DNA from: Phoronis australis
Lineage: Eukaryota; Animalia; Phoronida
Assembly (NCBI GenBank): GCA_002633005.1
Contig: NMRA01000001.1
Location: forward strand, 1,211,755-1,275,754
DNA: 64,000 bases
Reading direction: 5' to 3'
The notes under the pieces are model-generated. The model saw only the letters and a list, made by a program, of their open reading frames with translations. It had not been told where the DNA came from and did no database searches. The position numbers and the translations under genes are program-made. Shown piece by piece: positions 25,801 through 40,162 of the stretch. Numbering within the stretch: the first letter of the stretch is position 1; each line of letters starts with the position of its first letter.

Positions 25801-28292
25801 ATATTTTATAACATCTCATGCAAAAGTGGAACATTTTAAGAACAATTTCAAACAGAGCTTTGAGGAACAGCGCATAAAACATAGTATCTGAAAGTTCCAT
25901 GTACCAATTTGCCATTTCTGAGATAAGAAGTCACTTTTCTTGAGTCCTATGATAACTTTAATGTTTCAAAACAGTTTGAAACATGTTGTATGTATGAATT
26001 CGCCTCCTGCCGTAGAAGAGAACATCGGGTTAAAGCGACTATATATACACCCGCTTCCAAAATATTTTTGACTGGGGGTACTAATCCTTATTCAGCGTGT
26101 CTTATTCAGATCTGAAATGCCGGGATTCCTGAGCTTTGTTAGAACTGTCGTTTCGTGATTGTCTGACACTGATTAGGCTAGTAGGCTTATCCCCGGGACC
26201 TCGGGGATAATCCCATAAAAGGAGTGTAGTGATCATACCGTTCAAAAACTTGAAGGTGACCTACGAAATGGTGCATTTGCAATCAAACTGAAATTTGGCT
26301 CTTAGTTCGCTCCTACTTCAGAAATGCTGAAAAGTTTAGCTAAGTGTGAGGGCGCCACTGTCGGTCAAGAAACGATTTGTGGAAATGATTTTAGTAACTT
26401 CTAGTAGTTACTGTTCATTCTCAGGGACTTAGGAGTTTTGCACAAATGTTGTTTTTCCGAAATACTGGGTTGGGTGGAGCGTTAGACAAAATTTTCCATG
26501 CCGGAAACAGACCCCTAAAGTCATTCCTCATCTGAGTCAAGATCAATCAGAGATCAATTTTACAGAGGAATCTGATCTAGACCAGGCCGGCTCTAAAAGT
26601 TGTCTTTTCACGGCGTGTCATTTTGTGCGCCGAGCGTGATTCGATCCCTGAATGGACAAAGAACTATCGGATCTTGCAAACCCAGAAATCGCTTCCCGTC
26701 TGGGTAACGAACTAGTTGTGACCAATATTGTGGTGGTAATTGTCAAAATCAAAAGTTCGCTTCTTAAACGGCACGCAGGTTTAAAGCCGATTTTTAAAGT
26801 TGTTTGTGGGTTTGGCCTCCGGTTAATATTTGGGTAGTTTTACCAGAAAAGCCAAACAAGTACTGTTTTCCGGAAATAGTGACGCTTTCGCGTTTATTAC
26901 TTAATGAACGGGTAAATTAGCTGTTGACAGAAAATGTCAACTCGGTTCTACTACCTGACGTCACTGCGCTTTCTCTCGTAACAAGCTAAAAATGTGTCTT
27001 TTGACGCATATCATTTTTAGGCTTTATAATGCCATGGGAAGGGCAGGTATGTATGGGAAGCTCGGGCGAACCCAAAAATGGAGAGGACGAATGAGAAATA
27101 GAAAGAACCTCCACTAAATTCCCAGAGTACCGTAATGAAGAAACTAGTGGTTTTGTCAAATAAAAATTTTGTATTCCGCCCACTGACCCATGTATGTATC
27201 TAGTGAAAACGATAACCAATGATCCAACTTTTTGAACATGTTCTGCACAGTAAAATTTCATGAAAGCGTCGTATTTACTGTACCCGTGCAGACTGACGAA
27301 ACCTCAACTTTTTTAAAATGTCGTTTTTGCTGTACTGGAGTGGACGGTAAAAATGAAATCTTTCGAAAACCTAGTAAACGTCACCACGACATAAAAATTT
27401 TACATTTTTGTGTAATAAACCTCCTCTTGGCGCCGTTAACGTTAATTAATGTTTGCACAGGGGTATTCATGATTTTTCGTCGCCTTTTGTAAAGAGAGTT
27501 AAACTCAATTGTGTTTATTTAATTGATTTCACTGTATTATTTGTGTACTTTATCTAAGGTATTATTGACTGAAAGAAAAGCAAATGTTTTATATCTCGTA
27601 TTGAATACTAATGAGGTTTACAAATACGTAACAGTGTTGTGTGACAGACTATCCCGCAAATATGGAACGCAGAAAAGCGCAACTGATACCTTTTAAATGA
27701 TAGAATTTCGTTTTTTTACGTAGCAGCAACAAAAGCGGCATCTTTACATTGTTTATATAAAACAAAGAATGTGGTTACAATATTAATTTCGTGATAGTGA
27801 GTCTAATATCCGACGTTTAGAATTTAAACGTATTTCATCACTAAAAGTTAACGACCATGTTGATTGATAGTTCGCCATTGGCATATTTCACTGAGTATTA
27901 CATTGACTGTACCCTATGACGTAAATTTACTGTACAACTTCTCAACTTTCGTACATGGACTGTGTCTTCTACATTGAATATTTGCCATGTTGATAATTTT
28001 CTAATGCGTCGTAGCACCATCGTTACGCAAGAGGACAACGCTTATTACAAGATCCTCCTGAGTTAAAAACATCCCAAGTATTCACTACTGTTCCCTATAG
28101 CAATGTTCCTAATGCAAAATTTATCAATATAGATGTTCCTTTGCAGCCGAGTCTATTTGCGGAACCTTTTCTATTCGCAAAGAATGGTAGCGTTCTTATA
28201 AACAAGTCAGTCATTGTCTGTGTTGTATCTTTTTGCAAAAGCAGCTAAAAGATATCGTACAATTCGAAGTCGTGCCTTAACACCATACTTAA

Positions 28293-29039
28293 TCATCGAG
28301 TATCAATGAAATCTGAAGGTTCTTCCTCCAGGAACACTTCATCATCCGACGACGGTAGCGGAGGCGTGCAACTTGGTGATGGTGCTGACGGCCGTGTTGG
28401 GCATTCAATGAAGGCCTGCCGGTTCACCGTGATCGGTGGCAAATTGCGCACGTTTGCAGTCACGCGACGTCGGGTGGGATCGGATCGTGTTCGCACAACT
28501 TTTTGTTTCGCACTTTGAATCAAAGCACAGTCTAGCTCTATCGTAGGATGTGCAGAGAGGCTGCTTGCCATAAGCAGTCGTGTATTGTCTAAGGAAGATG
28601 ATGTTCTGTCCAGTGGTATAACGTCCGAGGTAGGATGACGCTGGTGTAAAACCTTTTGAAACAATTTTTCTGATTCTGCTGCTGACAACGAATTTGACGT
28701 GTTAATCAGTCTGTTCTCGGAATCGAACTGTTCTTCGTCCGCGCCTACTGAATGAAATCTGCATTGACGTGGAAGCTGAGAAGTGTGTTCGCCGCAATTG
28801 TCCCCACATTGTGAAACTGCAGTTTTGCCATGTCCTATTTCGGGAAGCGGGTTCTTCTTTTTCATGAACGCTAGCTCCGTTGCCTGTCTGGGCGGCGGAA
28901 AGTCTCTAATAAATCGAACGAATTGCTCAATGTCTTCTCTTGGTTGCCTGTGGCGCGCATATTTTTCATACATAATTGCTGCCGGAGAGGGTGACAGCAA
29001 ACTCTTATTCGGCACATCCATGTTGCTTTTCTTCACCAT
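28293..29039 (-). CDS. Intronless uncharacterised 248-aa protein, Pro/Ser-rich C-terminus
   Basis: ATG-started 747-bp ORF, GC-richer than flanks; TATA-like run ~29130-29150 upstream; minus-strand AATAAA near 27514 downstream; no family recognised. Confidence 0.55.
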   Translation of the reverse strand: MVKKSNMDVPNKSLLSPSPAAIMYEKYARHRQPREDIEQFVRFIRDFPPPRQATELAFMKKKNPLPEIGHGKTAVSQCGDNCGEHTSQLPRQCRFHSVGADEEQFDSENRLINTSNSLSAAESEKLFQKVLHQRHPTSDVIPLDRTSSSLDNTRLLMASSLSAHPTIELDCALIQSAKQKVVRTRSDPTRRRVTANVRNLPPITVNRQAFIECPTRPSAPSPSCTPPLPSSDDEVFLEEEPSDFIDTR

Positions 29040-32000
29040 ACCGACGGGCGCAATTTATATAACTCTCCAAATTAACTACAGAAGTGTTCGAATTTATGGG
29101 AGAATGAGACTTTAGCGTGCTACCTCGTTATATAGATATATATGTATATATAAAATCCTTGTCACTGATTTCAGCTGTCCACCCACAACATGAGTGTCAA
29201 TGTTATTTCGATTTGCGTATTTCCCCGTGATTCTATAAAAAGAACAAAAGTTGTTTCACCTGCTAATTAAATGCGCAAATGGCTACTGTTTCCAAGGGTT
29301 GTTGCTTGCTTCAAAGACTTAGTTACTCAAGTGGAAATATTACGACAAACTCTCCAACTACAGTTATGCCCAATGGGTATCTTTGTTTTCTTCGCATCAA
29401 CTACAGATGAGACGAGTTCTCGCGCTGCACGTTGGAAGTGATCTGTTAATCTGAAAATAACATTTTGATTTTATAATCGTACTCATCATTCCACCATTCA
29501 GTCAGTCGTAACACACGAACAATTACCGTCAGTAGTGCAAGAATGGAATTTAATCGAGATAGAGACAGAATAATTCTTCGATTAATGTGAAATAATTCGC
29601 CTATCCGTGTGTCTGAATACATATAAACCAATCAGACACGTTAAAACTCCTACATACCTGAATCAATACTCAGCTGCTATTGCGACAGTACAACCCAAAA
29701 TTTTAATTCCCCATCCAAAAAAAAATGTCATCAAGAGCCTGTATCCGATTTGAAATTCCTCGCCTTATAAACAACAACGAAATATCAGTCTCTGCTCTAA
29801 GTATAATAAAAACACACAGTTTGCAAGCTTATTCCACGTTCTTAACCAATTTTTTAATTAGCAACTACGATCCAATCTGTCATATTTCCAATTGCTTTAT
29901 ATGTAAAACTATCTAAAAAATTTTGTTCCCAAAATCTTATGAGCTGTGCCAGTCCAGTAGCATTTTATTTGAAAACAGAGAGGGTTAGGTGGAATTTCAG
30001 GTAAACAGTGTAGGCAATTTTTTATATAAATGTTTTGGTTACTATACCGTAATCTTTTAAAGAGCGAATGAGACTCCCACTTTCCTTGCTGAAGTGGTCG
30101 AACTACGCAAGTTTAATCATTTCACCTACTTAAGTGCGATTCTCATTCGCTCTTTAAATAGAATAAACCGACATCGTTTTTGACACGCCATTTCAACTGG
30201 TCGCGTTTTCCACGTTGCTGCCAAAAATTAGACTTTTAATAATGAAAGTGAAAATAGATTCGAGTTCGCCTATGTCCTGCTCAAAAGCACGCGTGTGCAC
30301 CTGACGCGCTTTTGTCACGACCAATGATTCGATTACTTGGTCGTTTTTTTTTCTCGTTTAAACATGGCTGCACACAGAAAATAATGGATCTAATTACCGC
30401 CGTGCAATACGGAGACAGCTTATCGAGCTGGAGAGGCAAAGCCCTTATTTTCACCTCAATTAAAAAACAACAGGTATTGATGCCATTAGTCACAGAGTCG
30501 ATTCTAATTGCCTAATTAACATGGCTGAATAACTAAGCACAAACATTATCATTACCTATCGATTTAGAAATACTATAAGGATCTACTGATCAATCAATTT
30601 GGACCAAGCGTCTGTCTCACGTGATGTAACAATTTTAATTTGACACACAAAGGTAATTAAACAGGAGACTGTCGCAGCATCTGATTCACAGCTTACTAAT
30701 AGATGGGCGTTGGTTAATATTACGTAATTTTTTTCGTTTACGTGTGACGAATTTCAACAGAAGTCTGCAGTTTGTTTATTTACTCGTTTACAGGAGGTTT
30801 ACGTCACACCTTCTATGTGCTCAGTTGATATTTTGGTTGTAGAAGCTAGTCTAATCGACAATTAAAGTGAAATTTCACATGGTTTCCGAGTCTCTTCAGT
30901 ATTTCTGCAAGCGGATGCTTTGAACTGCCCTGAATACCCATGAAGTTATTTTAGATCCAGACCCCAGCGAATCAATTTTCAATGTTACCCGCGGTATAAG
31001 CAGATGTGATGACAACGTGTTTGAAAACTTCAAACATCCGTATTACATAATAACAAAGTGAGGAGAGTGTTATTCTTATTTTCTTAGACAGGAGAATACT
31101 AATGGCCTATCATCCCCGAAGAGTAATCCCCTCTTTATTGTGAACGAACATTCTATGAATGCTCAGAAGTAGTATAATGACACGTTCCTTCATTTGTAAT
31201 TTAGTACCGAGCTAATGAAAATATTCAGAGAGGATGTGAAAATATTTATTTATTTGTTTAGCAAATGAGATTTGACTATCGCAGTATTATCAAAATTTGA
31301 GACGATGTTATTTTTGAACGCGCCTTGTCTCGTTAAACATCCCTTGAAACATACGAGCAATAAAGAAAGTAGAAAAAATAGTACAAAGCATTTCAAGAGC
31401 TAATATCCTGACTTTTGAATGTCACCTACGATTATTGGACAGACTCAATTTCCGATTAAATGTTTTCAGCTCCGTCGAGAGTGTCGTTCAATTTTGTCTT
31501 TTCAAAACAGTAAAAACACCATTTGAATGAACTCGGAGGTAATTAATGTTTGCAAAACGTGAAAGCTTGCTCTATTTGTTCTGGTTAATCTTGGTTTTTT
31601 GTATTTCTTTATTTTTTTCTCATAAAAGATCTCTATTCTGATGAAATGTCAGCAATTTCTGAACTCTAGTCTAATCCCGTGTTGTAAATATTTTCAGAGG
31701 TGAACCGTGGCAGTAACTGTTTTCATGGTCTGCCAGAAAGCATCGAACTAGAGGAAACATATGGACAGAGGAAATGCAGTCCCACGAGTGATTTTTAGAA
31801 TCATGTAAAATGTTTTGAAATTTCCCACCATAGTGAAAATACGTCTTACCTGATAACGATCCTTTGATTTCTGAATAACGAATGTATTGCGTGAATTACA
31901 CACCGTAAACTTCGGTAGTTTCAAATCAACTGTGGGCGATGACGTACGTCCTCCAGTGTCAGCGCGTGTTGTGTCTCGAGCGCTGTACAACAGCTTCTTA

Positions 32001-33832
32001 GTAGTGCTTGTCCGGTTGAGCCTAAGCAAAACAAACAAATGATTCCGCTCACGATATTATTCGATATAAACAGCAAGTTTGATCGATGTCCAAACAAATC
32101 GCCATTGATTAAGTGAACTGGATAGCCAGTAAACGATTGGTCCTGCCTCTCAACACGATAACGCCGTTCCTACGTGTAAAAGACTTGTACAAATATGTTT
32201 TCTCTAGGTAGTGTTGACCCTCGGGGTTACTTCGTTTGCTTAGCCCATGCCAGAACCGGCCATGAACGTCATAAACAATTTATTTCTAGGGAATCCGCAC
32301 ATTTTATGATGTTCACGTTCAACCGTGTGTTACTGAGTCGAAATCCATGAAAATAAAGAGGGCACATGGGTAATCCTTTTCAACTTGTCGGCAGCACAAG
32401 TTTTCTTAGTAGATTATGATTTGTTACGTTACGACGATGATTTTTAAATTTCGAAACGACCACTGTGTGGAGATTGGAATTTGCCCCTCATCTATTGTTT
32501 ATTTGCTGTTGTTCAAGTGACATGCGCGTATCAAGTGCACGTTCGGATTAGAAAGGATAAGTTAACTAATTTGATTTCGAAAGTTCCCTATGTTTCTAAA
32601 GATGCCGTATTCAATGTCTAAAAAGTCAAAAATATTCTCGCATTTGACAAGTTGACTGGTTTGTTTTCTGACAACGTCATCTGGTGGTGGACTTTCAAAA
32701 AGTGGACACAGTGCACTGCTGAGCTGACCAACAGAAAAATTGTCATCTTGTGTCGTTATTTTGTACATTGCAGTACCCAAGGAATATAACCTTCCTTAAG
32801 TTCCTGTACCGAAACGTAATAATGCACGTCAGAGACAATAAGTATTGAAGTGTACACTTCGTCCCCTCATTGTGGCAGTGAGTTCATATTAAGTCACACA
32901 AGGTCGGAACAATTTGCTGTCTATTTGCAATTGAGTACTGCAAACTGAGTGTTGTACACGACCGGCCTTTTCCTGAAAAAAGAAACATTTTTTGACACCT
33001 TACAAAAATGTGTGTATGTGAATATCAGATTATGACCTAGCCGTTGGACAAAGCGTAAAACCTTGCTATTTTTTCCTGGCAGCAAGTATGTGATGGTTTC
33101 AGATTTTTTAAGCACGCGACACAGGTTTTTATAATCTCGTCAATAGTAGGCCCACTTGAGAAAAGTTTCGAAAAGTTCGCAATATGTTCAAAACTAATTG
33201 TTTTCCACACACACATCAGAGAGCAAGGTTTCGTGAGCAGGGAATCCTGTACTTCTAGATGGTCTTGTGAAATAGTTTTAAGCTGGTCAAGCTCTTGTAG
33301 GTTACTACTGCTACTGGTCTTGCGAAATACCTTTAAGTATGTTATGCTTAATGAAACAAGTCGTCTAATCTAGGAATGATTTGTAAATCCCACGTCTGCA
33401 GTTGTCATGCGAAAGCTATCGGCCATCTAACAAACCTGGTAATTTTGTTATCAGTGTCTGGCTTTTTAAGGATGCAAGTTAAACGATCGCAACGTCCATG
33501 AACTGGTTTTCAATTTCACCTAAAAAGTGTATTGGCTGTATCATTTAACTTTACTTCTTATCAACGACATTAGAGCTATTAAAATCTGACTTGAGTGACC
33601 TTATCCTAAAAATGACATAAGATATGACGATAAATGAGCTTCAAATAGGTATCTTTGCAAAGCCTTGTTTGCTTAGGATGTTAACTTCAGTGTAGAGATA
33701 TCGTTAATGCAATTGACATACATGAAGAGGGTTGCTTGTGTCCCCCAAATTTACGTTAGTGTAAAGCACTTCCCAAGACTGCACTTCAATGACGACAACT
33801 AGTTAACTAGAACGATTGGAAATGCCTGTTAA

Positions 33833-34302
33833 AGAGGCATGGAACGCGATAAACAGACCAAATTGAAATATTGAAAGTGGTTCTCTGCCACTGAAACAGA
33901 ATTCAACTTGCTCGCGAGGTATTTTTTAGAATTTGCTCCTTACGATTTTTTCAATTTTTATTGATATCAAAGCATTTTTTTAGTTTCAAATTTCAAATAA
34001 ACGATCTGTCAACTGCTCGCACGTTTCCTTATTTAGTATAGCAAGACAAAAACGTAGCACATTTCCCTCATATGGAAAATATGACCTTTGACCTCAAGTG
34101 ACTGACTGTAAGCATATGCGCGTATTTATCCTAAGTGGGACAGAGATTAGAAACTCTGTGGTAACTACTGGGTCTTTCCTCCACGCGTATCTCATCAATT
34201 GTGAATACTTTGATTTTTTCTGGAACTCTCCTAACAGGGGAATGTGAATTACTCTGTACCAGACGTTGAAATTTTTGACGAGCTGTCGCGTTCCATGCCC
34301 TT
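33833..34302. mobile_element. TTAA-flanked MITE (Kolobok-like)
   Basis: TTAA|AGAGGCATGGAACGCGA ... TCGCGTTCCATGCCCTT|TTAA. Confidence 0.75.
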
Positions 34303-34332
34303 TTAAAGCTGCGCTCAAGTTTAGAAGTCCCG

Positions 34333-34490
34333 NNNNNNNNNNNNNNNNNNNNNNNNNNNNNNNNNNNNNNNNNNNNNNNNNNNNNNNNNNNNNNNNNNNN
34401 NNNNNNNNNNNNNNNNNNNNNNNNNNNNNNNNNNNNNNNNNNNNNNNNNNNNNNNNNNNNNNNNNNNNNNNNNNNNNNNNNNNNNNNNNN
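34333..34490. other. Assembly gap (N run)
   Basis: Run of N followed by poly-C. Confidence 0.99.
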
Positions 34491-34869
34491 CCCCCCCCCC
34501 CCCCTAACTCCGCCACTGTATAAGATGTCAAATTGCGGATTCTGTGAAAACCAACAATGTACAATGAAAGAATGCCTATAATTATTTCCCATAAGCTCTC
34601 AGTGAACGTAAACCCAGGGATCTCCCCCACTGAATTCGCCACGAATGTTTTTGCTGCCAATATTCCAGTTAAAACAACCTCTTCTCTATAAATAATTAGT
34701 CGTTATGATTGACAATAGCATCAGACGGTGTCCAGGGTATTTTTCATACCCACGAGATCCTCCATTTGGTCCACACTTGAATATTTCATGCGCAATGTTA
34801 TGAAACTTTTGTTTGCAAACTCTTGACATTTCTAGTATTGTGAATTCTTATGAAATAATCAATTTTTAA

Positions 34870-35640
34870 CAGCTTGTACTGACTTCTGGGAGACTCACGA
34901 GGCAAATTGAACAACTGGGCTAGATTTGATTCTAATATTAAAGAACTTACAACGAATTTGCAAAAGAATGGCTATCCCCTAGAACTAGTCAATAGGGTAC
35001 TGAAAGCAAAACTCCAACGTAACCCTGTAGACAAAACTAAACTAGTACTTTAAAGTACCCTATGTTGGGTCCGCCAAGATTGCACAACGAAAACTCAACT
35101 AATTGGTGAATAATTACTGTGTTAACTTAAGAGTTGTACTAACATTCAAGTCTCTAAAACTGTCGATTTTTTAACCCTAAGGATAAAATTCCTATGGGTC
35201 TACAGTAAAGGGTGGTGTACAAATTTATCTGTGCTGGACGTGGCTCCAGGTATATAGGCGAAACTGTTCGCCATTTGAAAACCAGGAGCAGGGAACATCT
35301 AAATTCTGATAGAAGTTCAAATGTAAATATTCATCTACAGAGTTCCAATCATTGTTATCAGCAGCAGTGTTCTTTCAATGACTTTGCAATAATAGACCAG
35401 GCAGAAACAACAAAGGAGCTTAAAATACGCGAGGCTCTAGTTGGTGTAAGTCCAATCTCAACAGGCAACTGGCACACCACAGGCTGCCATTGTTGGTCTA
35501 GTTTATTGTCACTTCCTGTAACAGACTGTATCTGTGCTTCATTAATTGTTGCTGGGCCTAGCTAGGTGGCCACTATATTCTCTCTTCTGATGATGGTGTT
35601 TGAATAAATGACACAGAAACATGTCAAGTCGATTTAAAAC
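34870..35640 (+). mobile_element. Penelope-like retroelement 3' fragment (RT thumb + GIY-YIG endonuclease), degenerate
   Basis: FDSNIKELTTNLQKNGYPLELVNR, then VVYKFIC...RYIGETVRHLKTRSREH...FAIIDQ...LKIREAL; stops and frameshifts present. Confidence 0.85.
35584..35628 (+). ncRNA. Minimal hammerhead ribozyme-like motif in Penelope terminal region
   Basis: CTT-CTGATGA-T-GGTGT(loop)ACAC-A-GAAACATGTC-AAG: both core boxes, stem II, palindromic ACATGT, GUC site, short CTT/AAG stem I. Confidence 0.6.
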
Positions 35641-36466
35641 CGTGGTTGTTTTTATTAATATTTGTCGCAATTTTCGTCCGATCATCACGAAATTTACACA
35701 TAACACGTACTTCCGGAAGTACTGGAAGCCTATTGTTTTTCGTCAAAATCGGATCCAAGAATGCGGCTGTGGCGGCAATTTTGTTTTCGTTTAAAGGTTC
35801 AAATGCTTCTGGAGGCTACAATTTTTTACGTAAAAGGCTAAGAATCGGCACAGTAAATGGACCGGAAGTTTTTTATAAGTATACAGGAAAATGTTCACTT
35901 CCGGTTAAAGATGGCGGAAATATCGGCGATCGCGCATGCGCACCTCGATTTTGGCCTAAAAACTTTTTCTCCTGTAGAGGCCGCATTATCAGACCAATTC
36001 CTTCGAATTTTTACAGGTATTAGTTTCTTATAACATGCTACTGTACAAAGCCAAAAAACCGTAAGTTGCTTTCAAGATGGCGGATCTGGCGCATGTTGAC
36101 CCATTTTCAGTCGAGCTGGAGTGCGATTTTTAACGGGAAGAGAAAAAGACGTGATTTTTTGCATGTGGATTCTTTGAAGTATATTCTTTCAAGTGGCTTT
36201 GTAACAACTTTTTTTCTCAGACTTACTGTTTTCGACTTATTTGACTTTGAATTTCTTAAAAAAACGCAAAATTTCATTTTTTTCAAAAAATTTACGGAAT
36301 TTGGCGATACCATCAATTTAGATAGAATTTTGAACGGGCTTTCAGAAGGTGTTTTTCATTTTTCGCTAGGACGTCTACTTTTCGAGTTATTTGAGATTTT
36401 CTGATATCGCTGTTCCTTTGTTGAGCGCTCTTGCTGCATTGATGTTGGTTTATCTTCTATTGAACT

Positions 36467-36760
36467 AGACTGTAGCCTATTTCTTATTGATTTATGACAT
36501 CTAAGTTCGTCATATGAATGTTGTGATGTTGTTCATCATCGCCACCACCATCATCATATTCGTCATCATCTCCGTCGTTGTCTTTTCCGTTAATTTCGCC
36601 AAGTGTCGCTCAAGACTGTAGCCTTTTTCTTACTGATTTCGGACTTCTACGTTCGTCATGTGTATGTTATTATTACTTCTTTTGTTCATCCTCGCCACCA
36701 TCGTCGTCATATTCGTCATCATCTCTATCGTCATCTTTTTGGTTAATTTCGCCAAGTTTC
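36467..36760. repeat. Degenerate tandem duplication, 2 x ~146 bp, with TCA/TCG microsatellite
   Basis: AGACTGTAGCCT..TTCTTA.TGATTT...TTAATTTCGCCAAGT occurs at ~36467 and ~36613. Confidence 0.75.
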
Positions 36761-39700
36761 GTACCTCGGAGCGCTTTCATATTAATATTTGCTGCTACTT
36801 GCTATCATGGAGACAAATTGAAAAACTATCGATTGTATTTTCATAAGAAAATTATTATGCCGGGGCAGGAGTGCTTCCGGGCTAAATGGTACATGGGAAG
36901 ACGCCGCTCGGAAGGCCGTTTTCTTACGGGTAATTACTCTGAAGAGGTGCCTTTTTCATACCTGATTCTTCACAATAAGGGGACTTATTCATGCAAGCGT
37001 CTATAAACGCGTGTATTTTTAGTTTTAATTTTATGCTAACTCATCACAACGGTATTCTTACAAATATCCCCCGACGCACACAGTTGTGTTTCATTTTACA
37101 GGTTGTGGTCGCGCAAGCCTAACTCTCAGATATTCAGTTGCAAATTAATCGAATTTTCACGTGTATTTATGTATAAGTTCATGCGGTTCGAATCAGTTTG
37201 CTGGTTGAAAATCAATTTTCGTTCAAAGGAAAATATCTTTAAAAATTTGCATCAACTGATAGCCGTGCCTTCATTTCATTATATCTATGTCAGCTGGTGT
37301 ATTACTAAATATTTCAGAACTCATTGTCAGAATTAAGAGTTGAAAAGACGGCGTGACTGAGTGAAAATCGCCAAGTTCTGAAAACACGATGTCGACCACT
37401 GACATAACATTTTCAGACTTGATAGTTACGTGGCATGATTTCTGTAATGGTGACCAAAATTTCTTGCCTTGAAAAGCCGTTTTTAATACTACGACCACCG
37501 ATATTCTGTTGCCGACATAGAGGTGAATTGTTACCGTAGGAGCACTGAAATCGGGCATGATTCCGTTCAGGTCATTCGGTGCACTAGTCAAACATTCACG
37601 CAAGGCTGTTCGGCGATGTGACACTAATCTAAAATTAGCAAAACTAATCTCTGTCCTACGTTAAATCGTACATAGTAAACATCAAAGCTAGACATTGGAG
37701 TAAAACCAATCAATTTACTACTCATTGGCTGGCAAAATAAATTTTACTGAATGTCACAACGCTTTTATCCGACTGACCAACAAAAGCATGGCGGGTTCTG
37801 TGCTTGCTTTTCCTCTGCTTCAAACTTTAAGTGTTTCCAAATCAAACAAAAACTCACCAATAACACGAAAAACTTTTTATAGTACCAGGTGTTCTCTTAT
37901 ATTTTGTGGATAAACTTAACAAAAAGCGGTTGAACTAATATACTTAGAATATACAGATTTAGGAATTGGCAAAAGATTGGGCAAATGGTTATTAATTTTT
38001 TACGTTGTCTTTCAATTCCCAAACATGCATGAACGTCGACGCCAAAACTGATTATGAAAGCAGCACGCATGGGAATATTGTTAGTGTTCTGCATCAGTCG
38101 AATGCATATTCAGTGTCGTATGAATTTTGTATTACGGTATACTAATATTTGATGAAATGCTGGTTTAGAACAAACTTAAGCATGGTAACGAAAATATATC
38201 ATTGAAAACTAATGTCTGATTTTTCAATCTACACGAACACGAAAAAAATTTGGATTTGTCAAAACTTCTTTAAGACTTTTTAAAGATCTAAAAATACCTC
38301 TTAACGCCTTTTTAGTGGTTTTTGCGTAATACATAACGTTCAGGAGGTTATTAACTTTCAACACGTGAAAAAATTACCACACATGCTTTTAACTACATAC
38401 TCGAGTGAAGAACACTTGCGGAACTATAAACAAACTAGTCTCAATCGTCTCATCCTACTAGAAATCGGATTTGCCGTCGGATTTGGGTGTGGGCGATAAA
38501 AACGATGATAATCGGACGTTTACAAGTGTGGAAAACTGATTTGTTGTTGCTGGCTAATCATAGATTAGTTAAGATTCATGATGATACACAAGTCGCGCAT
38601 ATGCCAACATCTCAACGATTTTTATAAAAAGTGTCAAAGCGTGTGGCGTTCGCTGCATAATTCGCCAGAAATTAAGAATATTCTGCAATGTTATAATTTG
38701 AAAATATTAAGAATATTCCGCAATGTTATAACTTGTGAAAATGGCCTTGGAGATCGGTTCATCCACGGATTCAAAGATCGATCGATCTGAGAAGGCGGAT
38801 GTATTTCAATAAGCCTTGGCCTATTGCCTTGTGTGGACGGCCGCGTAAGAACGTAGTAAACAAATTAATTTTATCCACTAATCGACATGAGTATCTTTGT
38901 TATTATTCCACAATCCATTGTAACACTTTGACGCAATGAAGACTATTGTTATATAAAATGAAGTAACGGGTCAACAGGTGACTGTGGAAGTTAGGCAAGG
39001 ACTGAAACACTACAGCTGACAAAAATCTTTAACGAATTATGAAAGGCTCCAGACCACAACGCAAACTACCAACACAAAATTAAGCAAAATCATAAACCAT
39101 AGTTTGGTACTCTATTTGACAAAATCATTGAAAAAAACATTGTCGAAAATTTCCACTGACTTCTGAAACGTATCTTACATTCGGTCTTTTTGGCGGTGTA
39201 GCCTACAAGCACCACACAGCAAGCTAAACCAAGTATGGATAACAACTTTCAATGGATTTAACATAAGTCCACGCAGACTTATCTTTTTAAATCTTCCAGT
39301 TGTGAAAAATGAAATTGGTCAGTCATTGATAAACGCCATTGTGAGTAGCTGAAATAGGTAGGGTAAACACACTTGTCAATAAGATCACTTCAGTTGTATA
39401 CATGTACACATTTTCTCAAATCTACGGCACCACTGAAAACGACAACCTATTACGTTCCTACACAAAGACACACACTTGTGTTATAAGCTAGTAGTTTAAG
39501 CATATTAAGGGTGTACACAGAAACCGTACAACGGTTGTCGAGCAAACATAGAAGCAGGGCTGTGTTTTCAAAGTCGAGATACTTGACACTGCACCGGAAG
39601 ATAACCGTTTTCAGTGAAGAAATGTTTTGCTTGAACGTATAGTTGTGTTGAATATAAATACCAGACCAGTGCGGATCCAGGAGTTTGAGACATCGTGGCT

Positions 39701-40162
39701 ATAAATCCACATGACGAGATTTTCGACAATTACCCGTGGCCACTGCCAGTTACCCCCAAAGAAACGTTTGAATCCCAGGCCATCACACATTAGTGGTTTG
39801 AGGTTTGCACTAGTAAGCCTGTAGTATGCGGGAATGAATCGGGAAAATAATGTTATCAATTGACAGTCAGCAAGTCAACGTGTTTCGGATGCTATTGGTG
39901 TTGTGATTTCCGTTAACAGCCCACTGATTTTGAAAATGAAAAAAAAAAAACAAAGACCCAACTAAGTTTTCTTTTTTCTGTTTGAAAAACGTCGTTGAGG
40001 TTATTTTCTCGTAATTCTATGTTCAAAGCTTTCATAAATTAGGCCTGCCGAACGCAACTTGTAATCAAGCCTCGCCACTGGCACATAGATGATATTGCAT
40101 GTAACCTAGTCGATGTAGTAAACTGCCGCTTGGGGCTGTGAGGAAAATGCACCGCTTTAAAT

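Noticed and set aside
34094-34660. Long ORFs spanning the N run
   Set aside because: Length is an artefact of the gap and the adjoining MITE.
35646-36404. ORFs of 112-125 aa next to the Penelope fragment
   Set aside because: Non-ATG starts, no domains; sequence resembles a non-coding interspersed repeat with CCGGAAGT/AAGATGGCGG motifs.
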